IMG/VR virus record: IMGVR_UViG_3300044644_001243
Location: 1-64,000 of that record
From: an uncultured virus (IMG/VR IMGVR_UViG_3300044644_001243)
Lineage: Duplodnaviria > Heunggongvirae > Uroviricota > Caudoviricetes
Direction: 5' to 3' (one strand)
Length of the DNA stretch: 64,000 nt
A program made the position numbers and the translations under genes. Below, piece by piece: positions 30,315-40,327 of the stretch (position 1 is its first letter; each line of letters opens with the position of its first letter). The notes beneath the pieces were generated by a model that had not been told where the DNA came from, searched no databases, and saw only the letters and a program-made list of their open reading frames with translations.

Positions 30315-30320
30315 TAATAT

Positions 30321-30779
30321 ATGCCAACTCCTTATATTTACGGTCAAACTCCGTTAGAAAAAGCAGCAATAGCTCAACGTTTATGGTTAATTCAACAATC
30401 TAAAGTTGGTACTGGTAAAGTATATGTTGGCCCTTACAAAAATCCAGCCATTACTGGTATGTTTGGTGGTATATATAGTCTAACACATACAAACGCTAAA
30501 GCTGATACAATAACACCTAGTTACGGTAAAGGTACAAATCAACAAATAGACGTTACAAACACATATAAAGGTGTTGTTGCTAGATTAAATTATGATGGTG
30601 GTAGTAAAGAAGATAGAGACGGTGTTTTAGGAATTACGGATTCTGGACGTAACGCACAATTACAACTTAATAGTACCACATTTGGTTATGGTCCTGGTCC
30701 AACTCCAGGTCCTAGTATTGGTTTTCAATATGCTAAACCTTCCTTAACAGCGTTTAACACTGGAAAAATTATATTTTAA
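30321..30779 (+). CDS. Gly/Tyr-rich virion protein, tandem paralogue B
   Basis: shares RLWLIQQSKVGTGK, THTNAKADT and TYKGV with 29838-30314. Confidence 0.7.
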   Translation: MPTPYIYGQTPLEKAAIAQRLWLIQQSKVGTGKVYVGPYKNPAITGMFGGIYSLTHTNAKADTITPSYGKGTNQQIDVTNTYKGVVARLNYDGGSKEDRDGVLGITDSGRNAQLQLNSTTFGYGPGPTPGPSIGFQYAKPSLTAFNTGKIIF

Positions 30780-30791
30780 AAAAAATAATTA

Positions 30792-31583
30792 ATGAAACTT
30801 TACAATCTATATCAATCAGTTATATTAGAAGAAATCATTAGGTTGACACAACTAAACGAAGCGGTGTCAACTAGTGATGTTGATAATATTTTGAATGGTG
30901 ACCCAAACAAACAAGGTAAATTTTATTACGTGTCGTTTAATTATCAAGGAAAAGATGGTGAAGTTTCTAATAGATGGGTTCAAGTAACTCAAAGAAATGT
31001 CTCAACAGCTGATAACGGATTAATTGATGCGTACCAAGTTTCTAAAAACGGTAAATCTTCAAGTCCATCAAATGAAGCACGTAGTGCTACTGGTTGGAAA
31101 AAATTTGATTTGAACAGAATGAGTGATATTAAAGTTTCAAAAGTGCCTTTTTATCAAGAACCAAAACCTTATACTTCTGGTTATAGAGCAGATGGTACAC
31201 CGATAATTGCAAGATTTAATAAGACTGGTAATAATTCACCATCTGTGAAAAGTACAGAAAAAATTGCTGCTCTTGGTTCATATCAATACGCTGATAGTAC
31301 TGTAGCTAATAAAGAAAAACAAAAACAAAAAGCCGAAAAAGATACACAAGCAAGATTACAACAACAAAAACAAAACTTTGGTAATAGACAACAAGCAGCA
31401 CAACAACAACAAGACGTAGAGAAAAAAGAATTACAAAAAGTAGAGTTTGATAAATTTAAAGAAAGACAACAACAAAAACAGTTGCAACAAAAACAGTTGC
31501 AACAAAAACAAACTCAAGAACCACAAGATGGTGAGATAGAAAATAATGATATAGAAAATAAAGATGAACTAAATAACGTATAA
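30792..31583 (+). CDS. WYL-like domain protein with Gln-rich tail
   Basis: VSFNY....G..SNR.V ... LIDAY ... GWKKFDLNRMSDI resembles the WYL consensus. Confidence 0.55.
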   Translation: MKLYNLYQSVILEEIIRLTQLNEAVSTSDVDNILNGDPNKQGKFYYVSFNYQGKDGEVSNRWVQVTQRNVSTADNGLIDAYQVSKNGKSSSPSNEARSATGWKKFDLNRMSDIKVSKVPFYQEPKPYTSGYRADGTPIIARFNKTGNNSPSVKSTEKIAALGSYQYADSTVANKEKQKQKAEKDTQARLQQQKQNFGNRQQAAQQQQDVEKKELQKVEFDKFKERQQQKQLQQKQLQQKQTQEPQDGEIENNDIENKDELNNV

Positions 31584-31584
31584 T

Positions 31585-32175
31585 ATGGATACACCAGCAC
31601 CAGTTAATTTAGCAGCACTTAAAAGTATTTTAGCAAAGGCTAAAACTGTTATGAACAAAGTAGAAGAAAACACTACTCCAATAAAATCTAGTAATAAATC
31701 TGTTAGAGAAGACTACGATAGTTATCAACAACCAGCTTATGATGAAAGAGATGAAAGAGAACCAATTTATGAACAATTTTCTCCACAATCATCATCTAGT
31801 ATGCAACCACAAATGTATACAGCTGAACAAGTAATGGCTTCAAATTTGCCTCAAGCGATAAAAGAGGCTATGATTAAAAATCCAATACCACAATTACAAG
31901 GACCACCATCTAGTTTTTCATTGGAAGACTTAGGTGAATTGGTTGAAAAACCACAATCTAAATTTAAATCACCAAGTGTTCCATTACGTGAATCTTCTGG
32001 TAGTTACCAACAACAAATGACTATAGACCCTAACATGTTAAAGTCTATGGTTAAGGAAGCGGTTGCTGAATACTTTAAAGAATCTTACGAAAAAAGAATA
32101 ACAGAAACCACAATTGCAAAGACAATAAATTTACTGATAAAAGAAGGTAAATTACAAACAAAGAAAAAAATATAA
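31585..32175 (+). CDS. hypothetical protein
   Basis: 196-aa ORF, Pro/Gln/Ser-rich, ends at the terminator. Confidence 0.7.
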   Translation: MDTPAPVNLAALKSILAKAKTVMNKVEENTTPIKSSNKSVREDYDSYQQPAYDERDEREPIYEQFSPQSSSSMQPQMYTAEQVMASNLPQAIKEAMIKNPIPQLQGPPSSFSLEDLGELVEKPQSKFKSPSVPLRESSGSYQQQMTIDPNMLKSMVKEAVAEYFKESYEKRITETTIAKTINLLIKEGKLQTKKKI

Positions 32176-32202
32176 AAAAAGGGGTTTAAAGACCCCTTTT
32201 TT
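32174..32202 (+). terminator. intrinsic terminator (possibly bidirectional)
   Basis: aaaaaaaggggtt-taaa-gacccctttttt. Confidence 0.85.
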
Positions 32203-32265
32203 ATTTACATATAAAATTTTATTCTTATAATTAAAATATTAATAAAAAGTTTTTAAATAAATTTT

Positions 32266-33537
32266 ATGAAAAAATTAAAAGTACTAGTAGTACCAAGTGA
32301 CAGAACTGGTGTTTCATATTACAGAAGCACAAACCCTCATATCGCATTAGAAAATAACTACCCAACTGAATTTCACGTTGACGTTGATTATGAGCCACAA
32401 TTAAACAATGACGAATGGTTAAAACAATATGATATTATCCATTACCATAGAACATTAGGTAATTATGAACAAATGGGTCCGTTATTAGAAAAATTAAAAT
32501 CTTTAGGTATTGTTACCATTATGGATTTAGATGATTATTGGTCTCCAGGTGAACATCACCCAGCGTATCATTTAATCAAAGCACATAAAATCGATGAGAT
32601 GATTTTAAATAACATTAAATTAGCTGAAAATGTAACAACTACAACAACTTTATTCGCTAATGAAATTGCTAAATTTAATAAAAATGTTCACGTTTTAGCT
32701 AACGCAATCGAACCAACAGAAAAACAATTCACCCCTAACTTAGAACCATCAAATGGAAGACTTAGAATTGGGTGGTTAGGTGGTTCATCGCATTTAAAAG
32801 ATTTAGAAATTTTAAAAGGTATTGTCGCTAAACTTACAACAGATAAATTAATTGATAAAGTTCAATTTGTGTTATGTGGATTTGATATTAGAGGAACCCA
32901 CACTGAAATTGACCCAACAACTGGTGAACAAAGAACTAGAAACATTAGCCCAATGGAAAGTGTTTGGTATTCATATGAAAGAATCTTTACTGATGACTAT
33001 AAATCAGTTAGTCCAGAATATAAAGATTTCTTAATGAAATTTATACCTAATTCTGAATTTGAAGGGATTAATAACGAAGCGTATAGACGTGTTTGGACTA
33101 AACCTATTTCTACTTACGCTACTAACTATAATTTATTTGACGTATCGTTAGCACCGCTAGAAGAAAATATCTTTAATAAGGTTAAAAGTCAATTAAAAGT
33201 AATTGAAGCTGGTTTCCACCATAAAGCAATTATCGCTCAAAATTTTGGACCTTATACAATAGATATTAAAAACGCTGTTAAATTTGGTGGTGGGTTTGAA
33301 GAAGATGGTAATGGCATCTTGATTGATGAAGTTAAAAACCATAAAGATTGGTATGCGTCAATTAAAAAATTAATTCAAAATCAAGATATTGTTAAACAAT
33401 TACAAGATAATTTACACAACACAGTTAAAGATACTTATTCATTGAATAAAGTAACCGAACAAAGACGTGAATTGTATTTAAACCTTATTGCTGCTAAACA
33501 AAAAACAATAACAAAAGAAGAAAAAGAAATAGCATAA
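32266..33537 (+). CDS. GT-B (GT4-like) glycosyltransferase
   Basis: GVSYYR...P, MDLDDYW, RIGWLGGSSHLKDL, DVSLAPLEENIFNKVKSQLKVIEAG. Confidence 0.85.
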   Translation: MKKLKVLVVPSDRTGVSYYRSTNPHIALENNYPTEFHVDVDYEPQLNNDEWLKQYDIIHYHRTLGNYEQMGPLLEKLKSLGIVTIMDLDDYWSPGEHHPAYHLIKAHKIDEMILNNIKLAENVTTTTTLFANEIAKFNKNVHVLANAIEPTEKQFTPNLEPSNGRLRIGWLGGSSHLKDLEILKGIVAKLTTDKLIDKVQFVLCGFDIRGTHTEIDPTTGEQRTRNISPMESVWYSYERIFTDDYKSVSPEYKDFLMKFIPNSEFEGINNEAYRRVWTKPISTYATNYNLFDVSLAPLEENIFNKVKSQLKVIEAGFHHKAIIAQNFGPYTIDIKNAVKFGGGFEEDGNGILIDEVKNHKDWYASIKKLIQNQDIVKQLQDNLHNTVKDTYSLNKVTEQRRELYLNLIAAKQKTITKEEKEIA

Positions 33538-33995
33538 TGAGTAGAAAAGACGATATTAAACTTTTATTTAACTTTATGATTGAGTTATTAAGAGAAGATG
33601 AAAAAGAAGAACTTAAAGTTGAATCTAAACAAGTATTAACTGAAACACCTAAAGAAGATGAATCAGCTAAACATATCTTGGACGTTATGAAACGTACTGA
33701 ACTTATGGACAGAATGAGACGAACAACAATGGGTAGACCTACTTTGGTTCCGCATGGTGAAAGAGATGAAGATGAAATAGCTATTGTTGATAATGAAAGA
33801 ATAGAAACGCATAAAAAAGAAAAAGGAACTAAAAACATTAAAGAAATTTTAAGTAACGCTAAAGATTTTATGGATGATTTGGAAACTAAAAAACCAATAA
33901 CACCTAGTGTACCACCAAGTGTTTTAAATGAACAAGAAAACCATTTATATGCACCTATAAATAAATCTGAAGTTTTTGAAAAACTTCAAAAATAA
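33537..33995 (+). CDS. hypothetical protein
   Basis: coupled by a TAATG overlap; charged. Confidence 0.65.
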   Translation: MSRKDDIKLLFNFMIELLREDEKEELKVESKQVLTETPKEDESAKHILDVMKRTELMDRMRRTTMGRPTLVPHGERDEDEIAIVDNERIETHKKEKGTKNIKEILSNAKDFMDDLETKKPITPSVPPSVLNEQENHLYAPINKSEVFEKLQK

Positions 33996-34058
33996 ATATT
34001 GATTTATTCGTATTTTGTTAGTATATTAGTAAATATAAAACTAATAAAATAAAATAAT

Positions 34059-34622
34059 ATGTCATTAACACAAGAAAAAATTGTTGCTAACACAAAAAAA
34101 TATTTTGACACTGCAACAAAATTAGGTTTCATGAATGATGAATTCATGAAATTCTTAGGGGAGTCTTTTATTAAAGCTCCAGCGTCAACAATGGCAGACC
34201 TACACAATGCTTTTGAAGGTGGTTTAATCGACCACCTTCTTAGAGTAGGGTCTTACGCTGTAAAATTCAATAACGCATTACCAGAAGAAGAAAAAGTTGA
34301 CCAAAACTCATTATTGAAAGTTTGTCTTCTTCACCAAATTGGTAAAGCAAATCTTTACAAGCCATGTGATTCAGAATGGCACAGAAAAAACCAAGGAAAA
34401 ATGTACGAATTTAATGAAGACTTAACATCTATGAGAGTGGGTGAAAGAAGTGTTTATTATACTATGTCACACGGTATCCAGTTAACTGAACAAGAATACA
34501 CCGCAATCATTAATTTAGATAAAAGTGATGATAAAATGGTTGAGTATCATAACTCAATGTTAGGTGATTTATTAAAAACAGCTGTATTGTTTGCTGTTAA
34601 AAATGAAAAAACTAAAAAGTAA
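34059..34622 (+). CDS. HD-fold protein (YhaM-like) with degenerate HD motif
   Basis: APAS...H.AFEGGL.DH.L.V then LLHQIGK in place of LLHDIGK. Confidence 0.75.
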   Translation: MSLTQEKIVANTKKYFDTATKLGFMNDEFMKFLGESFIKAPASTMADLHNAFEGGLIDHLLRVGSYAVKFNNALPEEEKVDQNSLLKVCLLHQIGKANLYKPCDSEWHRKNQGKMYEFNEDLTSMRVGERSVYYTMSHGIQLTEQEYTAIINLDKSDDKMVEYHNSMLGDLLKTAVLFAVKNEKTKK

Positions 34623-34623
34623 T

Positions 34624-35214
34624 ATGAGTTTAGATAACGAAGACTTAATAGCAGACATGAGAAACAAAATCTTGTTAATTGCTGACCCAGATAGTGGTTA
34701 CACGCAAGAAGATTTTGATAACGAATTTAACGCTGATAAATTTAGTATTAATTATGATGCTCATAAAATTAAATTTAATTTTAAAAACGAATCAAATAAC
34801 CAAGACCCAGAATATGCAACTTCTGGTTCATCTGGTTTTGATTTAAGAGCTAATTTAGATTCACCGATTACTATACCTTCACATGGTGTTAGAATTATCC
34901 CTACTGGTTTATATTTTGAAATTCCAGAGAATTTTGAAATTCAAGTTAGACCTAGAAGTGGTTTGGCTGCTAAAAATGGTGTAACTGTTTTGAACTCACC
35001 TGGAACTGTGGATGCTGACTATCGTGGCGAAGTTAAAGTTATTTTAATCAACCATGGCGATGAAGCTTTTACTATTAGTCATGGTGATAGAATTGCACAA
35101 GCAGTTATTGCTTCTGTAATCGGCAAAAACTTTATTAATTTAAATAAAGTAGATAACATAGACGAAAACACAGAACGTGGTTCTGGTGGTTTCGGTTCAA
35201 CTGGTGTAAAATGA
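34624..35214 (+). CDS. dut: trimeric dUTPase with N-terminal extension
   Basis: GFDLRA, RPRSGLA, GTVDADYRGE, RIAQ, RGSGGFGSTG; ATG at 34624. Confidence 0.95.
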   Translation: MSLDNEDLIADMRNKILLIADPDSGYTQEDFDNEFNADKFSINYDAHKIKFNFKNESNNQDPEYATSGSSGFDLRANLDSPITIPSHGVRIIPTGLYFEIPENFEIQVRPRSGLAAKNGVTVLNSPGTVDADYRGEVKVILINHGDEAFTISHGDRIAQAVIASVIGKNFINLNKVDNIDENTERGSGGFGSTGVK

Positions 35215-35471
35215 TTAGAGCAGAATTTATAGAAACATTAAAAGAACATGCTAAAACAGCTGGTATCTTCAATGGAAGATTTATAAATATTTCTGATGAT
35301 GAAAATCATTGGAAATATGAAAGACCAGCAGTAGACGCATTAGAACCTTCAATAGATTTATCTACTGAGGGTTTTGTTCTATTTTCACCAAACGTAGGGT
35401 TTAGTGATAATACTATCGAAAAAATAAGTTATGAAGATTTCATAACAAAATATAATTTAACTAGAAAATGA
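35211..35471 (+). CDS. hypothetical protein
   Basis: 86-aa ORF overlapping its neighbours at both ends. Confidence 0.6.
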   Translation: MIRAEFIETLKEHAKTAGIFNGRFINISDDENHWKYERPAVDALEPSIDLSTEGFVLFSPNVGFSDNTIEKISYEDFITKYNLTRK

Positions 35472-37117
35472 TTACAGTAGTATATTGTACCAGACAATCA
35501 AATCCAGAACATAAAGAACATCTTATAAAGTCATCTGGGCTTCATAAACACATTGAGGTGATAGAAATAATCAATAATGGTGAATCGTTAACAAAAGCTT
35601 ACAATCGTGGCTTAAAAATGGCTACAAACGATATTGTTGTTTTTTGTCATGATGATTTAACTATTGAAACTAAACAATGGGGTAACAAATTATTAAAAAC
35701 GTTTGAAAAGAATCCAGAATATGGTATCATTGGTGTTGCTGGAACTAAATACATGTCAGAGACTGGCCAATGGTGGGTTAAATCTAAAAAAATGTATGGT
35801 AGAGTACAGCATACACATGAAGGTAAATCATGGTTATCTTCTTACTCTGAAGATTTAGGTCAATCAGTTGAAGAAGTTGTTATTGTTGACGGTTTGTTTT
35901 TTGCTGTTGATAAAACTAAAATGAAAATTAAGTTTAATGAATCAGTAGAAGGTTTCCACTTTTATGATGTAACATTTTGTTTTGAGAATCATCTAAAAGG
36001 TGTTAAGGTAGGTGTAATTACATCTATTAGAGTTAATCACTTGTCTATAGGTATGACAAACGAACAATGGGAGTCTAATAGACAACAATTCGCTGAAGCA
36101 TTTAAAGATAAACTACCAGTTAATATTAAAAAACAATTAAGAAAAAATGAGAAATTAGATGTTCTTATTGGATGTTTAAGTTTTGCTAATTATACTGGTT
36201 CTGAATTATATGTTTTTGAATTGGCTAAAAAGTTGGTTAAAGATGGTTGTAACGTAAGTGTGTGTTCAAGTATTGGCGAACCTTTGGCTAAAGCAGCAAA
36301 ACAATTAGGTATCAAATTATATTCATTACAAGAACCGCCAGGTTTTAAATTAGGTGATGGTAAATGGCTATTAAAAACTCCAGAAGGTGATGTTACCTCT
36401 CAACCAAATACTTTGTATAAAGTTTCAAATATTGAATTTGATGTAATCCATTTAAACCATAAACCAGTTACTGAGCATTTACTTAGATTATATCCAGAGA
36501 CTCCAGTTATTTGTTCTATTCACTCTGAAGTGATTAATTTAGAGGAACCAGTGTTATCTCCACAAATTAAAAAATACATTGCGATAAGACCAGAAATTAA
36601 AGAACATATTGTTAAGAATTTTAATATCGAAACTGATAAAGTTGAAGTTATTTATAATCCTATAAACGAAGAAAAGTTTAAACCAATTAAATCAACTGAA
36701 AAGAGAGATAAGAAAAGAATTTTATTTGTTGGTACTATTGATTATCTTAGAAAACAAACTATTCAAGACCTTATTAACACTACCAAAGAAAACAATCAAG
36801 AATTATGGCTTGTTGGTAAAGAAAACGATAATTACTTACCTAGTATGATTGAAAACGAACCACATGTTAAATATCATGGTCCAACATCAAATGTTGAGCA
36901 ATATATTCATAAATGTGATGAAACAGCTGGTATCTTATTAGGTAGAACAACTATCGAAGGATGGATGTGTGGTAAAAAAGGTTGGATATATGATGTTGAT
37001 TCATCTGGTAATATTTTAAGTAAAAATTTACATGACATTCCAGAAGATATCGATAAATTTAAAAGTGATAATGTTGTTAAAGAAATTAAACAACAATACG
37101 AATTAATTTTAGATTAA
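35468..37117 (+). CDS. two-domain glycosyltransferase (GT-A/GT2-like + GT-B/GT4-like)
   Basis: SLTKAYNRG, VFCHDD, GFHFYD; then TGSELYVFELA, VIYNPI, ILFVGT. Confidence 0.8.
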   Translation: MITVVYCTRQSNPEHKEHLIKSSGLHKHIEVIEIINNGESLTKAYNRGLKMATNDIVVFCHDDLTIETKQWGNKLLKTFEKNPEYGIIGVAGTKYMSETGQWWVKSKKMYGRVQHTHEGKSWLSSYSEDLGQSVEEVVIVDGLFFAVDKTKMKIKFNESVEGFHFYDVTFCFENHLKGVKVGVITSIRVNHLSIGMTNEQWESNRQQFAEAFKDKLPVNIKKQLRKNEKLDVLIGCLSFANYTGSELYVFELAKKLVKDGCNVSVCSSIGEPLAKAAKQLGIKLYSLQEPPGFKLGDGKWLLKTPEGDVTSQPNTLYKVSNIEFDVIHLNHKPVTEHLLRLYPETPVICSIHSEVINLEEPVLSPQIKKYIAIRPEIKEHIVKNFNIETDKVEVIYNPINEEKFKPIKSTEKRDKKRILFVGTIDYLRKQTIQDLINTTKENNQELWLVGKENDNYLPSMIENEPHVKYHGPTSNVEQYIHKCDETAGILLGRTTIEGWMCGKKGWIYDVDSSGNILSKNLHDIPEDIDKFKSDNVVKEIKQQYELILD

Positions 37118-37118
37118 T

Positions 37119-38075
37119 ATGGTTTTTAATAAATTAAAACAATGGTTTAACAGACGAATGGCTATGTTAACATTAGCTATGAGTAATGTTGAAAAAAATG
37201 CTTTAGGGCAGCAAGGCGAAACGTTGGGTTCAGATGTAAATCAAACCCAACGAAATACCCAAGGTCAATTGGCTGACTCATTAAAACAAGGTGAGATAAC
37301 TCAAGAAGTTATGAACCTTAGATGGAGAACATATAAAATACTAAAAGAAAGTGAAGGTGTTACTGCTGAAATTGTAGGGTATGACGAAGATGGGATGCCT
37401 ATTGTTAAAACTAAAAAAGTTAATAAAAAACTAGGACTTAAAAAAGTTAAATTAGACCCATCTGATGATTATAAATTAGAAATGGTTGTTGATAACTCAG
37501 AAATTGTAATAGGTAGTAACCAAGCAATGAATAACGATAATATATCTTTATTCGATGAAGTTATTCAATCAACAAATGAAAATGGTGACTTAGTTGCAAC
37601 ACATGGTATTATTGAGTCTATTAATTATTTTGCTACAAATAAATCTGAACGTCCTATAATAATCATCAGAGAAAATTTACCTAACTTTTATTTAGAAAAC
37701 TTTACGTTAAAAATGAATGTTAGAACAATAGATAAAACTAATAAATTATTAGAATTTTATGTAAGTAAATATCCAGATGAATACAATAGAACTAGTCGTT
37801 TGTTTATTAGTGAAGTTAAAAAAATCATGAATGATGGCATCAATTCAACAATGTTAGACTTTAATGAAATTAATTTTATCACATATAAAACATTAGGTAC
37901 AGATGATTATTTAGAATATGAATATGACAATATTTCTTATGACAAAATAGTTGAATACAATGGTTATTACGTAATCAAGTTCAACGCTAAAATTAAAACA
38001 GACGGTAACGATATTCTTGACGCATATAGAGTAAAAGAACTTGATAAAAAATATGAACAAAAAGCCAAAAAATGA
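37119..38075 (+). CDS. hypothetical protein
   Basis: 318-aa ORF within the operon; no recognised motif. Confidence 0.7.
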   Translation: MVFNKLKQWFNRRMAMLTLAMSNVEKNALGQQGETLGSDVNQTQRNTQGQLADSLKQGEITQEVMNLRWRTYKILKESEGVTAEIVGYDEDGMPIVKTKKVNKKLGLKKVKLDPSDDYKLEMVVDNSEIVIGSNQAMNNDNISLFDEVIQSTNENGDLVATHGIIESINYFATNKSERPIIIIRENLPNFYLENFTLKMNVRTIDKTNKLLEFYVSKYPDEYNRTSRLFISEVKKIMNDGINSTMLDFNEINFITYKTLGTDDYLEYEYDNISYDKIVEYNGYYVIKFNAKIKTDGNDILDAYRVKELDKKYEQKAKK

Positions 38076-38695
38076 TAGATTTTAAGAAATATTTTGATAA
38101 GGTATATGTGATTAATTTAGATAGAAGACCAGATAGATTTGATTCTTTTAAAAAAGAATTAGAAAAATATGGTATTGAAGAGGTTGAACGCTTTTCAGCT
38201 ATTGATGGAACAACTATCATGTCTAATGAAATACCTTTATTAGCTGGTGAATTAGGTGTATTAGAATCACATCTTCAGATAATAAAAAAATGTAAAGAAG
38301 AGAACGTTAAAAATGTGCTTATTTTAGAAGATGATGTTTATTTTACGGATGAAATTTTAAAATTAGATGAATATATTAATAATGTGCCATCTGATTGGGA
38401 TTTCATTTATTTTGGAGGCAACCATGTCTATGGCCAACCACCACATCTAATTAATGATAAAGTTATCAAGTTAAACTTTACTGTTGCATTACAATGTGTT
38501 GCAATTAACAGCAGCATGTTTGAAATTATAGAGTCTGTGTTAACTAAAAGAAAAAAACAAGTTGACGCATATTATGCTGAATTACATAACAGATTTAACG
38601 CATACGGTTTTTATCCTAACATGGCTAAACAAACAGCTGGGTTTAGTGATATACAAAATCGTAACGTAGATTATTCAAATTTTTTTAACGAATGA
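38072..38695 (+). CDS. glycosyltransferase family 25
   Basis: YVINLDRRPDR, RFSAIDG, GELG...SH, LILEDD. Confidence 0.9.
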   Translation: MIDFKKYFDKVYVINLDRRPDRFDSFKKELEKYGIEEVERFSAIDGTTIMSNEIPLLAGELGVLESHLQIIKKCKEENVKNVLILEDDVYFTDEILKLDEYINNVPSDWDFIYFGGNHVYGQPPHLINDKVIKLNFTVALQCVAINSSMFEIIESVLTKRKKQVDAYYAELHNRFNAYGFYPNMAKQTAGFSDIQNRNVDYSNFFNE

Positions 38696-39513
38696 AAAAC
38701 TATAAAAATCAATTAATAATTTTTTCTAAAAATAGAGCATGTCAATTGAATCTTTTGTTAGATTCATTAAAAACAAATGCTCCACTTTTATTTGACAAAA
38801 TTAGTGTTTTGTATAAAACAGATAATGAAGATTACTTATATGGGTATCAAAAATTATTTGAAAAATATCCTAGTATATATTTCTTTAATGAAAATAATTT
38901 TAGAAAAGATTTATTTAAACTTATTGATGATGAAATCGAAGCAACAACTTTCATGGTTGATGACGCAGTTGTTTATAACCAAATTTTAGCTAGAAAAATA
39001 GATATAATAAAACCAGTTGTTGAAGATTTTGTTATTTTTTCATTACGATTAGGTAAAAATTGTAATTATTCACACCCAGCTGATTTGCATTATGAATTAG
39101 GTGAACACGAAGTTGATGGTGAATACATGACATTTGATTACACTAAGCAGCAAAATGGTGATTTTAAATATCCATTATCAACAGATGGTCATATTTTTAA
39201 CACAACTTTTATAAAAGATTTGTTGATTGAGATTGATTTTAGAAACCCAAACACATTAGAAGCTTTTTTACAAAGATTTGTTGTGACTGATTCCATCCCA
39301 AAAACTGTTAAATCATTTACTGAATCTAAGTTAGTTAGTATACCAGCTAATCTAGTTAATGATACATTCAATAATAGACACGGGTTGCAATTTGGTATAA
39401 GCGAAAAAGAATTAAACGATAAATTTTTATCTGGTGATGAAATTGATTTAATATCTATGGAGTTTTCAGATATAAATGGCCCACATAAAGAACTTAAATA
39501 TGTGTTTAAATAA
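38692..39513 (+). CDS. putative GT-A glycosyltransferase
   Basis: IIFSKNRACQL.LLL.S, FMVDD, FSLRLG, YPLS.DGHIF. Confidence 0.6.
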   Translation: MKNYKNQLIIFSKNRACQLNLLLDSLKTNAPLLFDKISVLYKTDNEDYLYGYQKLFEKYPSIYFFNENNFRKDLFKLIDDEIEATTFMVDDAVVYNQILARKIDIIKPVVEDFVIFSLRLGKNCNYSHPADLHYELGEHEVDGEYMTFDYTKQQNGDFKYPLSTDGHIFNTTFIKDLLIEIDFRNPNTLEAFLQRFVVTDSIPKTVKSFTESKLVSIPANLVNDTFNNRHGLQFGISEKELNDKFLSGDEIDLISMEFSDINGPHKELKYVFK

Positions 39514-40327
39514 CGTAAAAATAATAGATATAAATTTTGCACACGCAAAATACACAACCGATTATCAAATTTCTAAATTTATTAATTGGGATAGAAGTAG
39601 AAACATCAGTCAAGAAGAAATTTTGTTTATTACAGATAACTCTTTAAACAATAGTGTCAATATAGTTAACAATAACAAAATAGGTATGTTAATGGAACCT
39701 AGAGCGATAAACCCAGCGATTTATGAATGGGTTAGTTCTAATCATGGTCACTTTAAAAATGTGTTGACCTATGACAAAAACTTATTAGATAGCTGTTCAA
39801 ACGCATTGTTTTACCCACATTGTGGCTGCTGGATAAAAGAAGAAGACCAAAGCATTTATGATAAAACAAAATTACTATCAATAATTGCATCAGACAAACG
39901 ACAAACTGAAGGTCATAGATTAAGACATGCATCGATAGATGTTTTAAGAGCAAATAATATTGGATTAGATGCGTATGGTAGAGGTTATAACCCAATTGAT
40001 TATAAGTTAGAATCATTAAAAGATTATGCGTTTTCTTTGATAATTGAAAATAGTCGTTCAGATTACTATTTTACCGAAAAATTAATGGATAGTTTTGTTA
40101 CTGGCACCGTCCCAATTTATTGGGGTTGTCCATCTATAGGTGATTTTTTTAATTTAGATGGGATGATTATTTTTAATGATGTAGAAGATTTACTTTCAAA
40201 ATTAAATTTATTATCTTTAGAACAATACAACAATATGCTTCCAGCAATTACAGAAAACTTTGAAAAAGCAAAAGAATTTTTAATTGCAGAAGATTGGATA
40301 TATAAGAACACTAAAATTTTTAAATAA
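39476..40327 (+). CDS. glycosyltransferase family 10 (fucosyltransferase-like)
   Basis: Y.FSLIIENS...YYFTEKL.D.F..GTVPIYWG; alternative start at 39500. Confidence 0.85.
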   Translation: MAHIKNLNMCLNNVKIIDINFAHAKYTTDYQISKFINWDRSRNISQEEILFITDNSLNNSVNIVNNNKIGMLMEPRAINPAIYEWVSSNHGHFKNVLTYDKNLLDSCSNALFYPHCGCWIKEEDQSIYDKTKLLSIIASDKRQTEGHRLRHASIDVLRANNIGLDAYGRGYNPIDYKLESLKDYAFSLIIENSRSDYYFTEKLMDSFVTGTVPIYWGCPSIGDFFNLDGMIIFNDVEDLLSKLNLLSLEQYNNMLPAITENFEKAKEFLIAEDWIYKNTKIFK

